A DNA stretch of 63,880 nt, filler included, from Octopus bimaculoides (Eukaryota), in the NCBI RefSeq assembly GCF_001194135.2. It is 5 parts of 5 records of this genome, joined end to end, with 100 filler letters (N's around TTAATTAATTAA, not from the genome) between each part and the next. Parts side by side here need not be neighbours in the genome. Positions count along the whole stretch, not along the records: positions 31,155 to 51,004 come from NC_068989.1; 4 more parts are not named here. One strand, given 5' to 3'. The translations under genes were made by a program, and so were the position numbers. The notes beneath the pieces are model-generated. The model made no database searches, was not told where the DNA came from, and was given only the letters and a program-made list of their open reading frames with translations. Shown here in pieces: positions 36,490 through 49,808 of this stretch (its first letter is position 1; the number at the start of each line of letters is the position of its first letter).

Positions 36490-36845
36490 TGAGACATAAG
36501 CTATCAACAGCAATCTCCTAACACGTTTTCTTGTGTGCTTTTCGTTACATTTGTTTCAATGTTCACCCTGTAGTCTTCAGTTCTTTTTCTGACTATCACT
36601 GTTAAGTAATCCTCTTGTGCCTTGTCTTCCTTATTACCTTCAGGATTTCAATGAAGGATTTACTTTACCGAAAAATTTATCTAGTCTTTCCTCATCTGCA
36701 CGTACGTCTACGGTCATTGTTGGCTGATAAGTTTTTGCTTGAATTTGGTCCTGAGATCTTTGTTACTCAAAAAAGGATCTCTAGTGTTGTTGATGTTTTG
36801 GAGGCACCTGTGTGGAATGTTTGGAACTCTCTGATGATATGTTTC
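36490..36845 (-). mobile_element. RTE-like LINE 3' end remnant
   Basis: Minus-strand FLSNKDLRTKFKQKLISQT and NPEG...; similar to the RTE C-terminal W.D.ISN.EL and PxGxRxRGRP region. Confidence 0.5.
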
Positions 36846-37606
36846 TAAATTTTTCATGAATCATAAGCAAAAAGGACCGATGCTACTGTCGAAAATTTGC
36901 TGCGTAATAAGTCTTGAGAGATAGATTGCTTTCTAATCAGGCTTTAAAAATAATGTGCATATAATTATTTGAATAGTTTAAATTATGGCGAGTGAGAATA
37001 CAAGAAAATCTGATATTAAATAAAGCGTTTAAGTGTAGGACTAAGAGAGTAAATATTTGACAAGAAATATTCTATTAAACATTTAGCTAGATAACCTCTG
37101 ATGTGGGACTTAATGAAGTAGTAAAGGAGAATATGGTAAGCTAGATTGAGTGTAGGAGTTATATATATTCAATATCATATGAGTTAAAGTAAGAATATGA
37201 TAAGAATAAATTAGAAGTATTTAAGCATAGTAATGGTTGATAAATTGGTGGTATTTATATTGCTGTTGGAGGGTTCCTGTCAGATAATATGTCTCCGGAT
37301 TTGTGATTAATGCTGCATGTTATGGTTAGATGAAGTATTGTATGAAAACTGCGGAGAAATGGTGTTATACATGAAAAGAAGCGTGTGGTGGGTGGTGCCT
37401 ATTAATTTAGATAGGAGAATAATATGAATGCTATTAAGATAACCAAATTAAAATCAGATGGTATTCGTTTAAGAACCTGCTTTACAATTAGGAGGAAGTA
37501 CGGTATAGAAAATATTTCAGATTGATTTCTATTAGTAATTGGTTAAGAATTACAAATTATGGTCGTATGGTACGTCGAAGACAAACTGATTCAATATTAG
37601 ATACAT

Positions 37607-37822
37607 ACAAGGTGGCGAGCTGGCAGAAACGTTAGCACGCTGGGGAAATGCTTAGAGGTATTTCGTCTGTCTTTACGTTCGGAGTTCAAATTCCGCCGAG
37701 ATTGACTTTGCCTTTTTATCCTTTCGGTGTTGATAAATTAAGCACCAGTTGCGTACTAGGGTCGATTTAACCCACCGGTCCCCTCCCCGAAAATTTCGGG
37801 CCTTGTGCCTAGAGTAGAAAAG
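37607..37822 (+). mobile_element. SINE family A, near-consensus copy
   Basis: GGCGAGCTGGCAGAAACGTTAGCACGC...GGAGTTCAAATTCCGCCGAG...GCCTTTTATCCTTTCGGTGTTGATAAATTAAGCACCAG...GGGCCTTGTGCCTAGAGTAGAAA. Confidence 0.9.
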
Positions 37823-38544
37823 AATATTAGATGCATATATGTTACTAATGTGAAAAATGAGTTTTGCAGTAACAGCAAGGTAAAATTTATACACGAATGT
37901 TTCTGGGGGAAAGAATGCATATCGGAAATACATGCAATCAAGTTAATTGTAGGCTTTTATTGTCAAGTTATAACTAGACTGAGTTGGAGGTTATTGGCCG
38001 GTGTTAGAAGGAGAGAATGCATGCCAGTAAAACTTTGAGTTTTAATTTTGTTTTCCAGGTATACTCACTAACCAAAAGTGTATCTGTTGTGAGATGATTT
38101 GTAAATCAATATTAGATTTAGAAAGCGAAGAGAAGCCAGCGAAAAAGTAATTGGGATTAGAAGGAATGGGGTGGTACATTCACTCTAATGTTATATGTCA
38201 AATTACTGTAAAAATTCCGAATCTCGAGATTGACATATCATCTAAAAAAACATATAGAAACATTATAGTATGGTTAATAGATGAGAACGAAGAAATAAAA
38301 AAAATGACTACTCTTATATACTGTGTTTATGTATCAGTTGGAAAATGAAGATGGAAATGTATGATGGCTATCTTTCGGATGGAAATATATGATGGGTATC
38401 TTTCGGAGTATATCATTTTTGCATTTATTTTGTTTTATTTGCCTCAGTCACTGAACTTCAGCCATGCTTGAGCAAGATTTCGAGGAACTTGGTCAAGCAA
38501 ATAGATCCGCGTACTTATTTTCAAAGTTTGGTACACAGCAATAT

Positions 38545-38712
38545 TTTGTGATTCAACACTCCCACCACCTACACCACCACTTCAGGGTAAATGTTTCTTG
38601 TAATGTGGGACGAAAATGTTTTCAAGCTTTAGGTAAACACTTTCCTAAATTTAGCCAGTATTATAAAATTTTTAATAGACACACGGTTAAATTTGCGTAC
38701 TCTACCTAATAT
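38545..38712 (+). mobile_element. Penelope-like element ORF fragment (RT-to-endonuclease linker)
   Basis: FRVNVSCNVGRKCFQALGKHFPKFSQYYKIFNRHTVKFAYS matches the PLE linker pattern NVxTNIGxxFxxLIxKHFPxxxxxxKIFNxxTxKxSYS. Confidence 0.7.
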
Positions 38713-38989
38713 AGTTGAATATTCAGTTAGATTTAGCCATTGTGAATTAAACTGCGATTTATGATACTACAACAACTGACTGTCCATCTCAACTCCTAGC
38801 TACCTGATGTACAGCAAAAGAAAACCTACTGCAAATAATCAATATATTGATTTATTTATTACAATGATAGTACTATTAATGATAGCCAAACTGCACCGAT
38901 CATGCCTACAAATGATCAAGTTCACCTTTCTTTACGTCACTTCTGTAATAGTTCACTGTGTGCCATTAATAATCAGTACTTTAAGAAAA

Positions 38990-39640
38990 TTTTTTGTATA
39001 AGTGCTCTATCACTGCTCTTGGTAAATAACATGTTTATATTAGTGCGTCCCTTTCCTCATTCAAACTTCGCTGGACTAATCGCAAATCTACATTTAGGCA
39101 TAAAGGCTAATAGCACATCTCTGGTTAAATTTGTACATTCTCTCACAGATAATAGCATTGAATTTAAGGTTGCATGTTCTAGTGTATGTCATGCACAACC
39201 ACATAGAGGTAGAGGTAGTAGTTGTGAGCACTGTGTATCTCAGGCGTTCCATATTAATGAAATTAAACTGAATATTACTAATCAGCGTGATAAATTCATT
39301 CTAAGATTCCAGCACCTTAAATACAAACCATTCCTGTATGTTAGCGATACCTAACCTTACACTTAATTACTACACCTGTACGAATAAGCTTTATTAGATA
39401 GATCTATGCACTGCAATGTGATTTGATCTCACTTTAGTAATAAATAATGCATTAGACCATATTCAAAGATTCTGCTATTTGTAAAAATACTTATTAGCCG
39501 TTCATGTGTAACATTCCAGTCTATTGTAAGCATTTTTAATGCCTGAACTACTTTTTACGTATTATGGAGGCCGTTGCCCTCTGATTACTACCTGATTCTG
39601 TTATTCTACACCTCACAACCTCTTTGTGCTCCTGTTTGCC
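38990..39640 (-). mobile_element. Possible highly decayed L1/Tx1-type LINE C-terminal region
   Basis: Minus-strand PLCGCA*HTLEHA near 39170-39212 resembles the CPxCxxxETxEH zinc knuckle; otherwise weak. Confidence 0.3.
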
Positions 39641-40588
39641 CCTATCTTAGGTAATAGTACCATTGTATTATTATACATAATTCAATATATTTATTTTTTT
39701 AAAATCCAGTTGGCAGATACGATCTAATGGAAGTGTTTACTTGTTAGCATTTTGGACCAACTGCAAGTTTACATCCGTATACTTCTATATGAGTCCGTAT
39801 ATATATTTGTTATATCGACATATGCATATTTATGCATTTGTGAGTATGTGCATGTCGCCATATATATGTGTCTGCGTAAACATATGCCTATATTTTGTAT
39901 ACATCTGTTTTTATATATTATACATCTCAGTTTATATATACATACATACATATACTTGTATAAGTTTATAGATATCCATTCAGATATGTGTGTTTGCATT
40001 TCTATTGTTCTATGTAGGTGTATCTTCATTTACATGTAAAATTAGTACATATCTGAGTGTGTATAGATATATATATATATATATATATGGGGGAGGTGTG
40101 CATAAATGAATGTATATACGCATATATGTGCATACATATGCGCGAGTATATACGTATGTATACTTATGAATTAAAGTGCTGGATCAAAATTCAGAAAATT
40201 GACCATCCTTAATTTTATTTATTTTTAAAAATAAAACCAGGAAGGGATAAGGAGATGGAGTAGAGGAATTATAGTAAATACAAAAAAATTGTTTATAAGT
40301 ATATGAAAGTACATATAACAAAAACATAATATAAGTGAATTCGATAGGGAACACACAGCTGGAGAAATAAAGATTGGAACATGACATTGTATTGAACAAC
40401 TGCAATTTTCAAGTAGGGTTAAAAGGTCAAAAGACCACACATAAAACTTCTGACCTTAATTTTCATCACATTTTCTAATCACACCTCAAAATACTTTGCA
40501 ACCGAATGAACTTTAGTGAAAGCAAAACCGTTCTTGTAGCTACAGAGAAGCATATGCAGAAAGCATTAACATACACACAAAAGACATT

Positions 40589-40637
<49 letters not shown>

Positions 40638-40739
40638 ACACGCGCGCACCCACACACCCACGCACGCACACACACACACACATACACAAACATATGTATA
40701 TAGACAAATAACCATAAATACATACATACACATAAATAC

Positions 40740-40950
40740 ATCATCATCATCATCGTCGTCGTTTAACGTCTGCTTTCCATGCTAGCATGGGTTGGACGAT
40801 TTGACTGAGAACTGGTGAAACCAGATGGCTGCTGCAGGTTCCAATCTGATTTGGCAGAATTTCTACAGCTGGATGCCTTTCCTAACGCCAACCACTCCGA
40901 GAGTGTAGTAGGTGCTTTTACGTGCCACCGGCACGAAGGCCAGTCAGGCG
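40740..40950 (-). mobile_element. RTE-tailed SINE/LINE 3' end with (GAT)n tail
   Basis: TCATCATCGTC..TTTAACGTCTGCTTTCCATGCTAGCATGGG...GCTGGATGCCTTTCCTAACGCCAACC, typical of RTE-related 3' ends. Confidence 0.65.
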
Positions 40951-41236
40951 GTACATACACACGTAAATACATGCAGAAAAACATACATACACGTACGCAC
41001 AATATAAATACGCATTCATACAAATGTATGCATATGAATACATACATGTATATACATTGATATATATATATACATATAGATACACATATATACATATACA
41101 CACATGTACATGTGTGTATAGATACACGCACACATACACGTAGTAAATCTTATGAATTAAGGGGCTGGATCTAAATTCAGGGAATTGGCGATCCTTAATT
41201 CATACGAAGCAACATATATTTATTGTTACTGACCAT

Positions 41237-41541
41237 GGTAAGAAGCTGTGGGGTAAGAAGCTGTGGGGTAAGAAGCTGTGGGGTAAGAAGCTGTGGGGTA
41301 AGAAGCTTGCTTCCTAACCACATCGCTTCGGGTTTAGTACCCCTGCGTGGCACTTGGGCAAGTATCATCTCCTATCACCTCGGGTTGACCAAAACCTTGT
41401 GAGTGGATTTGCTAGGCGGAAACTAAAAGAAGCCCGTTGAATATATCTAAGTATATAAAACTTAGATAAAACTTAGATTTTTTTCGACCAAAGATTGGTC
41501 CAGGCCATGTCTAACTTAATAGCATATATATATATATATGT

Positions 41542-41580
<39 letters not shown>

Positions 41581-41790
41581 CGTGTGTGTGTGTGTGTTGT
41601 GCGCGCGTCTGTGTTTGTCTTTGTGTCTGTGTTTATCTCCACCCCATCTCTGCTTGACAGCCGGTGTTGGCGTGTTTACATCCTCGTAACTTAGCGGTTT
41701 GACAAAAGAGACCGATAGAATAAGTACGCTTAAAGAATAAGTTCCGGAATCACATAACTGAAGCAAAAGAATGAAAGAATACCAAACTAA
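41237..41790 (+). mobile_element. SINE family B with amplified head and internal (TG)n
   Basis: Four tandem 15-bp GGTAAGAAGCTGTGG units, then the normal body and tail. Confidence 0.8.
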
Positions 41791-42363
41791 TTTTACCAAA
41801 CTAATGTTACCATGTCTCGGCCTTTCCTATAGTATATATCTATTGAGAAAATTTCGTACATTTACTTAGAATTGAATTGCTTTCTGAACCATGATGTTTT
41901 GGTGATCTGATGAACTAGCTATCGTTATTCGCTTTGAATTGTGTATATACAATTTTATTGTATACTGTATAGTATGCATAGTAATGAAAACATGTGAACA
42001 TAAATTATCATACACTGAAATTATTACACGAAGACCACGAAACGGACATGATCCTGTCATTCTGCCTGAATTTTTATGATATACATACATATATATATAT
42101 ATATAAATTATTAAGGTAGCTATTTGCAATTTAGAACTCATGGGCAACAAGTACAGTTTTCACTAAAGTACACAGAGGGTAAAGAAAAACAGTTAGCCAT
42201 TAAAATTGAAAGGTTACTGAATAATTTTCAGAGCACCATATCTATATAGATTTACAAAAGAAACAGCTGTCATTGGCTTCGATGTTTCCGTCTGACGGCA
42301 AATACTCCAAACTTCAAAGTTACTGTCGATCTTCTCCCTGAGAAGCAATATAAGTATAAAAAT

Positions 42364-42430
<67 letters not shown>

Positions 42431-43137
42431 NNNNNNNNNNNNNNNNNNNNNNNNNNNNNNNNNNNNNNNNNNNNNNNNNNNNNNNNNNNNNNNNNNNNNN
42501 NNNNNNNNNNNNNNNNNNNNNNNNNNNNNNNNNNNNNNNNNNNNNNNNNNNNNNNNNNNNNNNNNNNNNNNNNNNNNNNNNNNNNNNNNNNNNNNNNNNN
42601 NNNNNNNNNNNNNNNNNNNNNNNNNNNNNNNNNNNNNNNNNNNNNNNNNNNNNNNNNNNNNNNNNNNNNNNNNNNNNNNNNNNNNNNNNNNNNNNNNNNN
42701 NNNNNNNNNNNNNNNNNNNNNNNNNNNNNNNNNNNNNNNNNNNNNNNNNNNNNNNNNNNNNNNNNNNNNNNNNNNNNNNNNNNNNNNNNNNNNNNNNNNN
42801 NNNNNNNNNNNNNNNNNNNNNNNNNNNNNNNNNNNNNNNNNNNNNNNNNNNNNNNNNNNNNNNNNNNTGTGTATGATGCTGGGAGTTTTTTTTTGTCTTT
42901 TCATTTTCAAACGTGTTTTCCAAGTACTATGCAGGCGAGGGAACGAACTGTATACTTTGCCGCTGTCTCACCGGCAGCACATCAAGAAACTACATAATGC
43001 TTACACGGCCTACACTAAAAAATGCGTGCGCTAGCAGTATAGAAGCGTCTTTCTTACCTCAAGTACATCATAGCTGAATTCATCAAGGTGTTTGCACTCT
43101 ATGGGTAAAACGTACCTACTCCATTCAGTCTCTGCAG

Positions 43138-43486
43138 CTTTTACATGTTTCAGTCATTAGGCTCCGTCCGTGCTGGGGCACCGCCTTGAAGAATTTTTAG
43201 TCGAATGTATCGACCTCAGTACTTATTTCTTAAAAGTCTGGCACTTATTCTGTTGATCATATTTGCAGAACCGCTAAGTTACAGGGACATAAACATACAC
43301 ACGTGTATAAGTATATGTGTGTGGTGGGGGATGTATGCATATACATCTACCAAATCCACTTACAAAGCTTTGGTGTGTCCGCAGCTATTGTGGAACGCAC
43401 ATGCCCGCGGTACCATACAGTGGAACTGAACCCGGAACCATGTGGTTGAGAAGCAAGCTTCTTACCACACAGACACGCCTGCGTCT
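43138..43486 (-). mobile_element. SINE family B, full length
   Basis: GAAGCAAGCTTCTTACCACACAGACACGCC (head, reverse) and TTTCAGTCATTAGG...CACCGCCTTG (tail, reverse). Confidence 0.85.
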
Positions 43487-43721
43487 ATGTTTAGCATATT
43501 TTTGCATTGTGACTTTTAATGGAACTTGAAACTTGCCTGTTTCTTGTTTTTTGTTTTTGTTTTTGCAGCTATCGCTCTCTTCATTTAGTTTTTGTTGAAG
43601 AAATGATGGGACGTTTGGCTGTTCGAGAAATATTTTGTTATTAATCGCAGAATATCTTTTGCAACACTAATCTTTACATTAACACTATAAGTTAGAATGT
43701 TGTTGTTTGTTCCTTTTCAAG

Positions 43722-44008
43722 CCATGCCTGGTTCATAAGGCCCGTTTCCCGGTTTCATTGGCGTATAGGTTCCCCACCTGGACGGGATGCCAGTCCGTCG
43801 CAGGTGAGCTGTTTGATGCAGGAAGAACGAGTGAGAGAAAGTTGTGACGAAAGAGTCAGCAGAAGTTCACCTCTACCTTCTGCCGGAGCCGCGTGGAGCT
43901 TAGGTGTTTCGCTCAAAACACACACACATCGCCCCGTCTGAGATTCGAACTCGCGATCCCTCGACTCCGAGTCTACTGCTCTAACTACTAGGCCATGTGC
44001 CTTCACAT
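43722..44008 (-). mobile_element. SINE family D head with Meta-domain-like tail
   Basis: Minus tail ACCTGCGACGGACTGGCATCCCGTCCAGGTGGGG; homologous to 15082-15395. Confidence 0.75.
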
Positions 44009-45987
44009 GTTGGAATATATTATACAAATTTATCTTTCTTGTATTTTAAGTTACTTCATCGATGACTTATTTCCTTCTTTGTGTAACCTACAGGATATTT
44101 CTTTGTTGTCGCTCTCTATCACCTTTCTGTTGAAGGCGTGTAATGCACATATCCTCTGCAAATACGTATTGGTACGTGATTAATAAAGTCCGTTTGATGG
44201 TTAAATTGCATTTGGTGGTTGAATTGGTGGTTAAATATGTTCTCATTGAGTTTCTTAAAAGGCTTATATAATTTCGAGGCTAGTGTAGGTGTTACAACCA
44301 GGATGTTCTGAAATTGTATGGCTCGCTTGTCAGACTTACTCAGAATTCCCTAAGATGTCGTTTGCGCTCCAGTTAGGAATCTTCACAATCACAAGACTGC
44401 CATTCTGATATAGACCCCGCTAATGACATTAAAACAACTTTGTCGTTGGTTGGTCAGTAAAAAAACTTACTAACATATTTCAGTGCATTACGAGCTTCAC
44501 ATCGTAAGTTTAAAATCATGTTTTGTCCATTTTTAACCAGCAATTACCTTGTCAGAAGAAATGAAATTGTATGCATAAAGAACTACAGGTTACTTTTTCC
44601 ATGTCATTTACCTGCTTTCTGGTAAAATGAATGACTTTCAGAAAATATCTTAGCACATAGAAGCATAATAGCCGACAGTCAAATTGCAGGAATTTATATC
44701 TACTTTTTTCATGAGTCTTACAATTATGCGATAATTGACACGCTTTTATTCCCAGATTCAAAATCATGAACTGTTTTATATCAACGTTTATTCCAAGATC
44801 GTTTTACTAACAAATTAATGAGTTTACATTACGTCTGCTTTAGATGTTTCTGTGGTCTTTCAAAGAGAGAAATATTGTGTTTTACGAGATATTTCAATTT
44901 TTCTTGCTTGTTATCTTCTCTGTTATCTTTTCTGCTTCGACATTGGTGTCGTTGCATTTTGCTGCTATTGGTTATTTTGCAGAAAGCTGTTATGTCACTA
45001 TGCAAAAGGTTGTCGTTTATATCAGTTCTTCGTTTTATCTGAAAATAGGTGTAGATGTTTGCAGGAATATTTTAAACCTGAATTTAGCTCACATAGACAA
45101 AAAAAAAAACAATATTCTGCTGTTTGAATTTTATATTCATTGTCAAACCAAGAAGATAATTTTCAATGCATCTAGGTTCTTATTTTGCGTGGGCCTTTAT
45201 TCGAGTTGAGTTAAGGAACATTTTCCTCTTGTTTTGTCTTGTTATTTCTGTTCTTCAGGAAGTAGATTTTCAGAGCATACGTCTATCCTGCTCATGCATT
45301 TTTTTTTCATATCTGTTCTCTTAAGCAGACACTCCTGGGTGACAAAGGAATGTTTTCGATCGAATAGCTAACGTCAGGTCTTTTATTGTCTGTGTTTAGT
45401 TTTAACTTTCATGTAGATAAACGGGTCTCAACTCTGTGGAAGCAATATTTAAAAAAAAATCTTATTGTATAAAAACATAAAAAGTAATCGAAACAACCTT
45501 TTGCTGGAAGAAATCAAATCCTGAAATAAGCTTATTTGTGGATGTAACATTTCTTTTCAATTTACTGATGTGTGCCCTCCTACTGAAAGATCGACTCATT
45601 GAAACTATGATCCAAGAGGCTATTCCTGCTTACACTTAAATAATCATACACATGCACAACGCTACGTACACACACGCGCGCGCGCACAGATTTTAACGAT
45701 ATAGACATGTAAAACCAACACCACTACCCACTTACAAAAGAATATCTAATGTTCACGTCCTAAATTGATCCCAATGAGCAAATTACACGGTTGTTGTTTA
45801 ACAGTCACGTAATTGATCTTATACAAATGCTTAATGTCATGGGACTGTGTAGTAAGAGATCGCTAGCCTGCCGTGTGCTAAGAAGTTTGCTTCCTAACCA
45901 CATGGTACTGAGTTCAGTTCCATGGTGTAGTATTCTTTCTACTGTCGCCTTGTGAGTGGATTTGGCAGACGGAAAAAAAAGCCCGTT

Positions 45988-46004
45988 AGATCGGAAGAGC
46001 GTCG
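45988..46004 (+). other. Illumina adapter remnant
   Basis: AGATCGGAAGAGCGTCG immediately before an N gap. Confidence 0.9.
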
Positions 46005-46807
46005 NNNNNNNNNNNNNNNNNNNNNNNNNNNNNNNNNNNNNNNNNNNNNNNNNNNNNNNNNNNNNNNNNNNNNNNNNNNNNNNNNNNNNNNNNNNNNNNN
46101 NNNNNNNNNNNNNNNNNNNNNNNNNNNNNNNNNNNNNNNNNNNNNNNNNNNNNNNNNNNNNNNNNNNNNNNNNNNNNNNNNNNNNNNNNNNNNNNNNNNN
46201 NNNNNNNNNNNNNNNNNNNNNNNNNNNNNNNNNNNNNNNNNNNNNNNNNNNNNNNNNNNNNNNNNNNNNNNNNNNNNNNNNNNNNNNNNNNNNNNNNNNN
46301 NNNNNNNNNNNNNNNNNNNNNNNNNNNNNNNNNNNNNNNNNNNNNNNNNNNNNNNNNNNNNNNNNNNNNNNNNNNNNNNNNNNNNNNNNNNNNNNNNNNN
46401 NNNNNNNNNNNNNNNNNNNNNNNNNNNNNNNNNNNNNNNNNNNNNNNNNNNNNNNNNNNNNNNNNNNNNNNNNNNNNNNNNNNNNNNNNNNNNNNNNNNN
46501 NNNNNNNNNNNNNNNNNNNNNNNNNNNNNNNNNNNNNNNNNNNNNNNNNNNNNNNNNNNNNNNNNNNNNNNNNNNNNNNNNNNNNNNNNNNNNNNNNNNN
46601 NNNNNNNNNNNNNNNNNNNNNNNNNNNNNNNNNNNNNNNNNNNNNNNNNNNNNNNNNNNNNNNNNNNNNNNNNNNNNNNNNNNNNNNNNNNNNNNNNNNN
46701 NNNNNNNNNNNNNNNNNNNNNNNNNNNNNNNNNNNNNNNNNNNNNNNNNNNNNNNNNNNNNNNNNNNNNNNNNNNNNNNNNNNNNNNNNNNNNNNNNNNN
46801 NNNNNNN

Positions 46808-47265
46808 ATTGCCTGTCTGGCCAACATACAGTTCTTCACAATTCGGGCATTTGATGCAGTAGATTAAATTTCTGCTTTTGCAGTTCATATTTGCGTTTGT
46901 GAATATTTTCCCCGTTTTTGTGTTCACATATGGGCCGGTATAAATTAATTGGCATGTACCGCATCGGCTATCATTGCATTTAGACACAGTGAATGATTGG
47001 TCTTTGTTGGTAAGGTCAAACCTTGCCTTTGTTAATAACTTTTTCAAGCTTTTAGGCTGTCTTTTACTGAGAGTTATAGTTTGGTCTGTAATGATATCTC
47101 ATAATTTCTTACTTTGAGCAATGATTGGTAGATTTGCTTTAGCGATATTGAAAATGTTCTGGTGGCATGGATTGTGCGCCACTATCAATGGTAAGATTTA
47201 TTCTTCTTTTTCTCTTCTTTGTGTTGCCCTCAGTTGTTGTGTAGGTATTTTCATATTCTTCTATT
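46808..47265 (-). mobile_element. Penelope-like element ORF fragment: linker, Cys-rich motif and start of GIY-YIG endonuclease
   Basis: In frame with two stops: ILPLIVAHNPCHQNIFNIAKANLPII...SKRQPKSLKKLLTKARF...KCNDSRCGTCQLI...CKSRNLIYCIKCPNCEELYVGQTG. Confidence 0.9.
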
Positions 47266-47269
47266 ATTT

Positions 47270-47520
47270 TACTTGTTTCGGTCATTTGACTGTGACCATG
47301 CTGGGGTACAGCCTTTTAGTCGAAGAAACCGACAGCTGGATTTATACTTTGTAAGTCTGGTGCTTATTCTGTCGGTTTCTTCTGTCGAACCGCTAATATA
47401 CGGGCACGTAAACACACCATCATCGGTTTGTGTGTGTGTGTGTGTGTGTGTGTGTTTGTGTGTGTATTTGTTTCCCCTCCATCGCTTGACAACCGACGGT
47501 GGTGTGTTTACGTGCCCATA
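47270..47520 (-). mobile_element. SINE family B 3' half inserted at the upstream edge of the PLE fragment
   Basis: TACTTGTTTCGGTCATTTGACTGTGACCATGCTGGGG...CGCTTGACAACCGACGGTGG. Confidence 0.8.
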
Positions 47521-47531
47521 CATACATACAT

Positions 47532-47578
<47 letters not shown>

Positions 47579-49038
47579 CACACATATATATATATATACA
47601 TACATACATACATACATACATAAAGAGGGATAGTGCGTCATATATATTATCTTCATCTAATTAAAGTATCTTCGGTTTAATGTGTAGCTACCTGAGTACC
47701 CCTCGTTGAGTAATTATTACATCAGAGGATGCTAGCCAGGATATATACGTAGCCTAAATTTTACCTACTCTTCTCCCTCAATTTGGACTTTTATTCGCAT
47801 TCACAGCAACTCAAGTTACTAACACTGAGGTATAAAAATATTTTTCAGCTTATCGAACTTCGATATGAGAGAAGACTACAACCTTCGACGCCAGTAAATT
47901 ATTATTGTTCCTGAATGTTGTTTTTATATCTGTTAGTACTACGAACTGCTAGAAGCTTAGAGAGGTGAAGTAGTTCGGGTGAAGTACTGTCATACCTCCA
48001 GAAAATTCTTAATAAATTGAAATTTCCCTTGGCTGGAGAAAAATCATATCAACTGCAATTTTGAATGACCCGCAAACAGAAAGGCGTTGAGTCGAACAAA
48101 TTGAAAATTCTTCCTCTAAATTTAATTTACACCTTCAATCGAAATTCAGTTAATTATTTACAAATAGAGGACAACTATGAACATGTTTCAGTCTATTACA
48201 CCTCGTCAACTTATTACAATTTCTTTTTTAATATTTCCTAACCAATAGACAAAGATTTTTACTCATAGAAACAGTGACAAATATAATTTTAGACCAGTAT
48301 ATTTTTACACAGCTAACAAAACAAAAAAATGATCTAAGGGGAAATAACTCAAATTAGTCAATGAGACGAATGAGTGGGGTTGAAACTAAATGAATTGGCT
48401 TTGATATTTGCATCAGGGTCATTTTGGCTTAAAGAATTTGTACTCCAATTCCGAGATGATAAACCGAGCAATGACTAAAGAATTTAGCACTTGAATGAAT
48501 GACATGGTTATGGCAAAAATGTTAACGCACAATAAACTAAGTTTTAGATTTACTACAGAGCTTTAAGGTGAATTTGTAATCACTACATTGTGCATATGAT
48601 TCGAGTGCATGTTTCTTTTTTCATTTCTCTTAGTAATTGCTTCCTGTTCTCTTATGTAAAGCAGTATAGCAACATCTACATCGCCATGTTGCAAATCTCG
48701 TAATTTAAATACGTGTAGAGTATATATAATAATACATGTTAGTGCAGCTTTTGTTAAATTTGTTTACGTCAAATATACAATTTTCTTCTGGAGATTCAAA
48801 GCTGTGTATTATATTGATCATGTATAATTGATTCTTAGATGTCTTGTAGTTCTTGATATGGTTTATTCTTTTTTTATTCATTCCTTCTACATTTTTCCTT
48901 TTTACTTTTGCAGACTTCTTATACAATACGACAAGGAAAATATTACCAGTAAATAAGTGGAATGCCATACTATGTTATATAATTTCTCATAGACTGAAGT
49001 TATTATATACTGAGCATGTATCTGTGCATAGATACATG

Positions 49039-49128
<90 letters not shown>

Positions 49129-49357
49129 TATACATAGGCATATATATATATATACGTATATATGCATTTATATGCTTATGTATATATTTGTATGTATACA
49201 TGTGTATATATATATTAACATATTTGTATTTGTGTGTGTGTGTGTGTTATACAAAACTTTTATACACTTTTCCTCCAGATTTAATGATTTGGCAATTGTC
49301 TGTATACTACAGATTATCATTTTGCGTACACCGATACTTCTGCAGACATATGTCTAT

Positions 49358-49409
<52 letters not shown>

Positions 49410-49687
49410 GAACAAATACCAAACATATGTTTCTTTTATAAAAGTCTAAACATATTTTTTATACAAATGTCACTTAAGGATAAAAGAGTATAATATGTAC
49501 GAGAAATATTCTATACAAAGATGGTTGTATCCATGACAACTGTAAGGAAACTTTGCTAGTAATAAATAAATTTATGAAATAAATAAATAAATAAATTTCT
49601 TCTCATATTTGAGATTAATTTCTTTAACATGAAATCAAATTCCCTCTCTTTATTTTTTTGTTTTTTAATGCGAAAGTTAGAACTCAC

Positions 49688-49808
49688 TTTCATTGCGAAA
49701 CTTCCTGGACTTATCATAATAATGTTGTTGCATGTCGAGATTGAACGTTTGGAAGTCGATGACTGTAAGCAAAAGTAGGCATCCATGGAATTTTTGTAGG
49801 AAGTAGTT
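49688..49808 (-). CDS. Candidate internal exon (121 nt) of an unidentified gene
   Basis: Acceptor CTCCTTTCTCTCCAG, donor AAA|GTGAGT; two open frames (NYFLQKFHGCLLLLTVIDFQTFNLDMQQHYYDKSRKFRNE or TTSYKNSMDAYFC...SPGSFAMK); no homology recognised. Confidence 0.3.

Noticed and set aside
36860-38340. Possible decayed L1/Tx1 RT (GVRRRECMP resembling GVRQGCPLSP near 38000)
   Set aside because: A single weak motif, no YADD, and many stops; cannot be supported by eye.
41900-41945. CTGATGA-containing hammerhead look-alikes (also near 2600, 26650-26680, 36550-36590, 51550 and 55415)
   Set aside because: No valid stem II plus GAAA plus stem I combination.
44200-45550. Possible further Penelope-like ORF remnants on the minus strand (e.g. 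NILVVTPTLASKLYKPF)
   Set aside because: The similarity is too weak and fragmented to call without a profile search.
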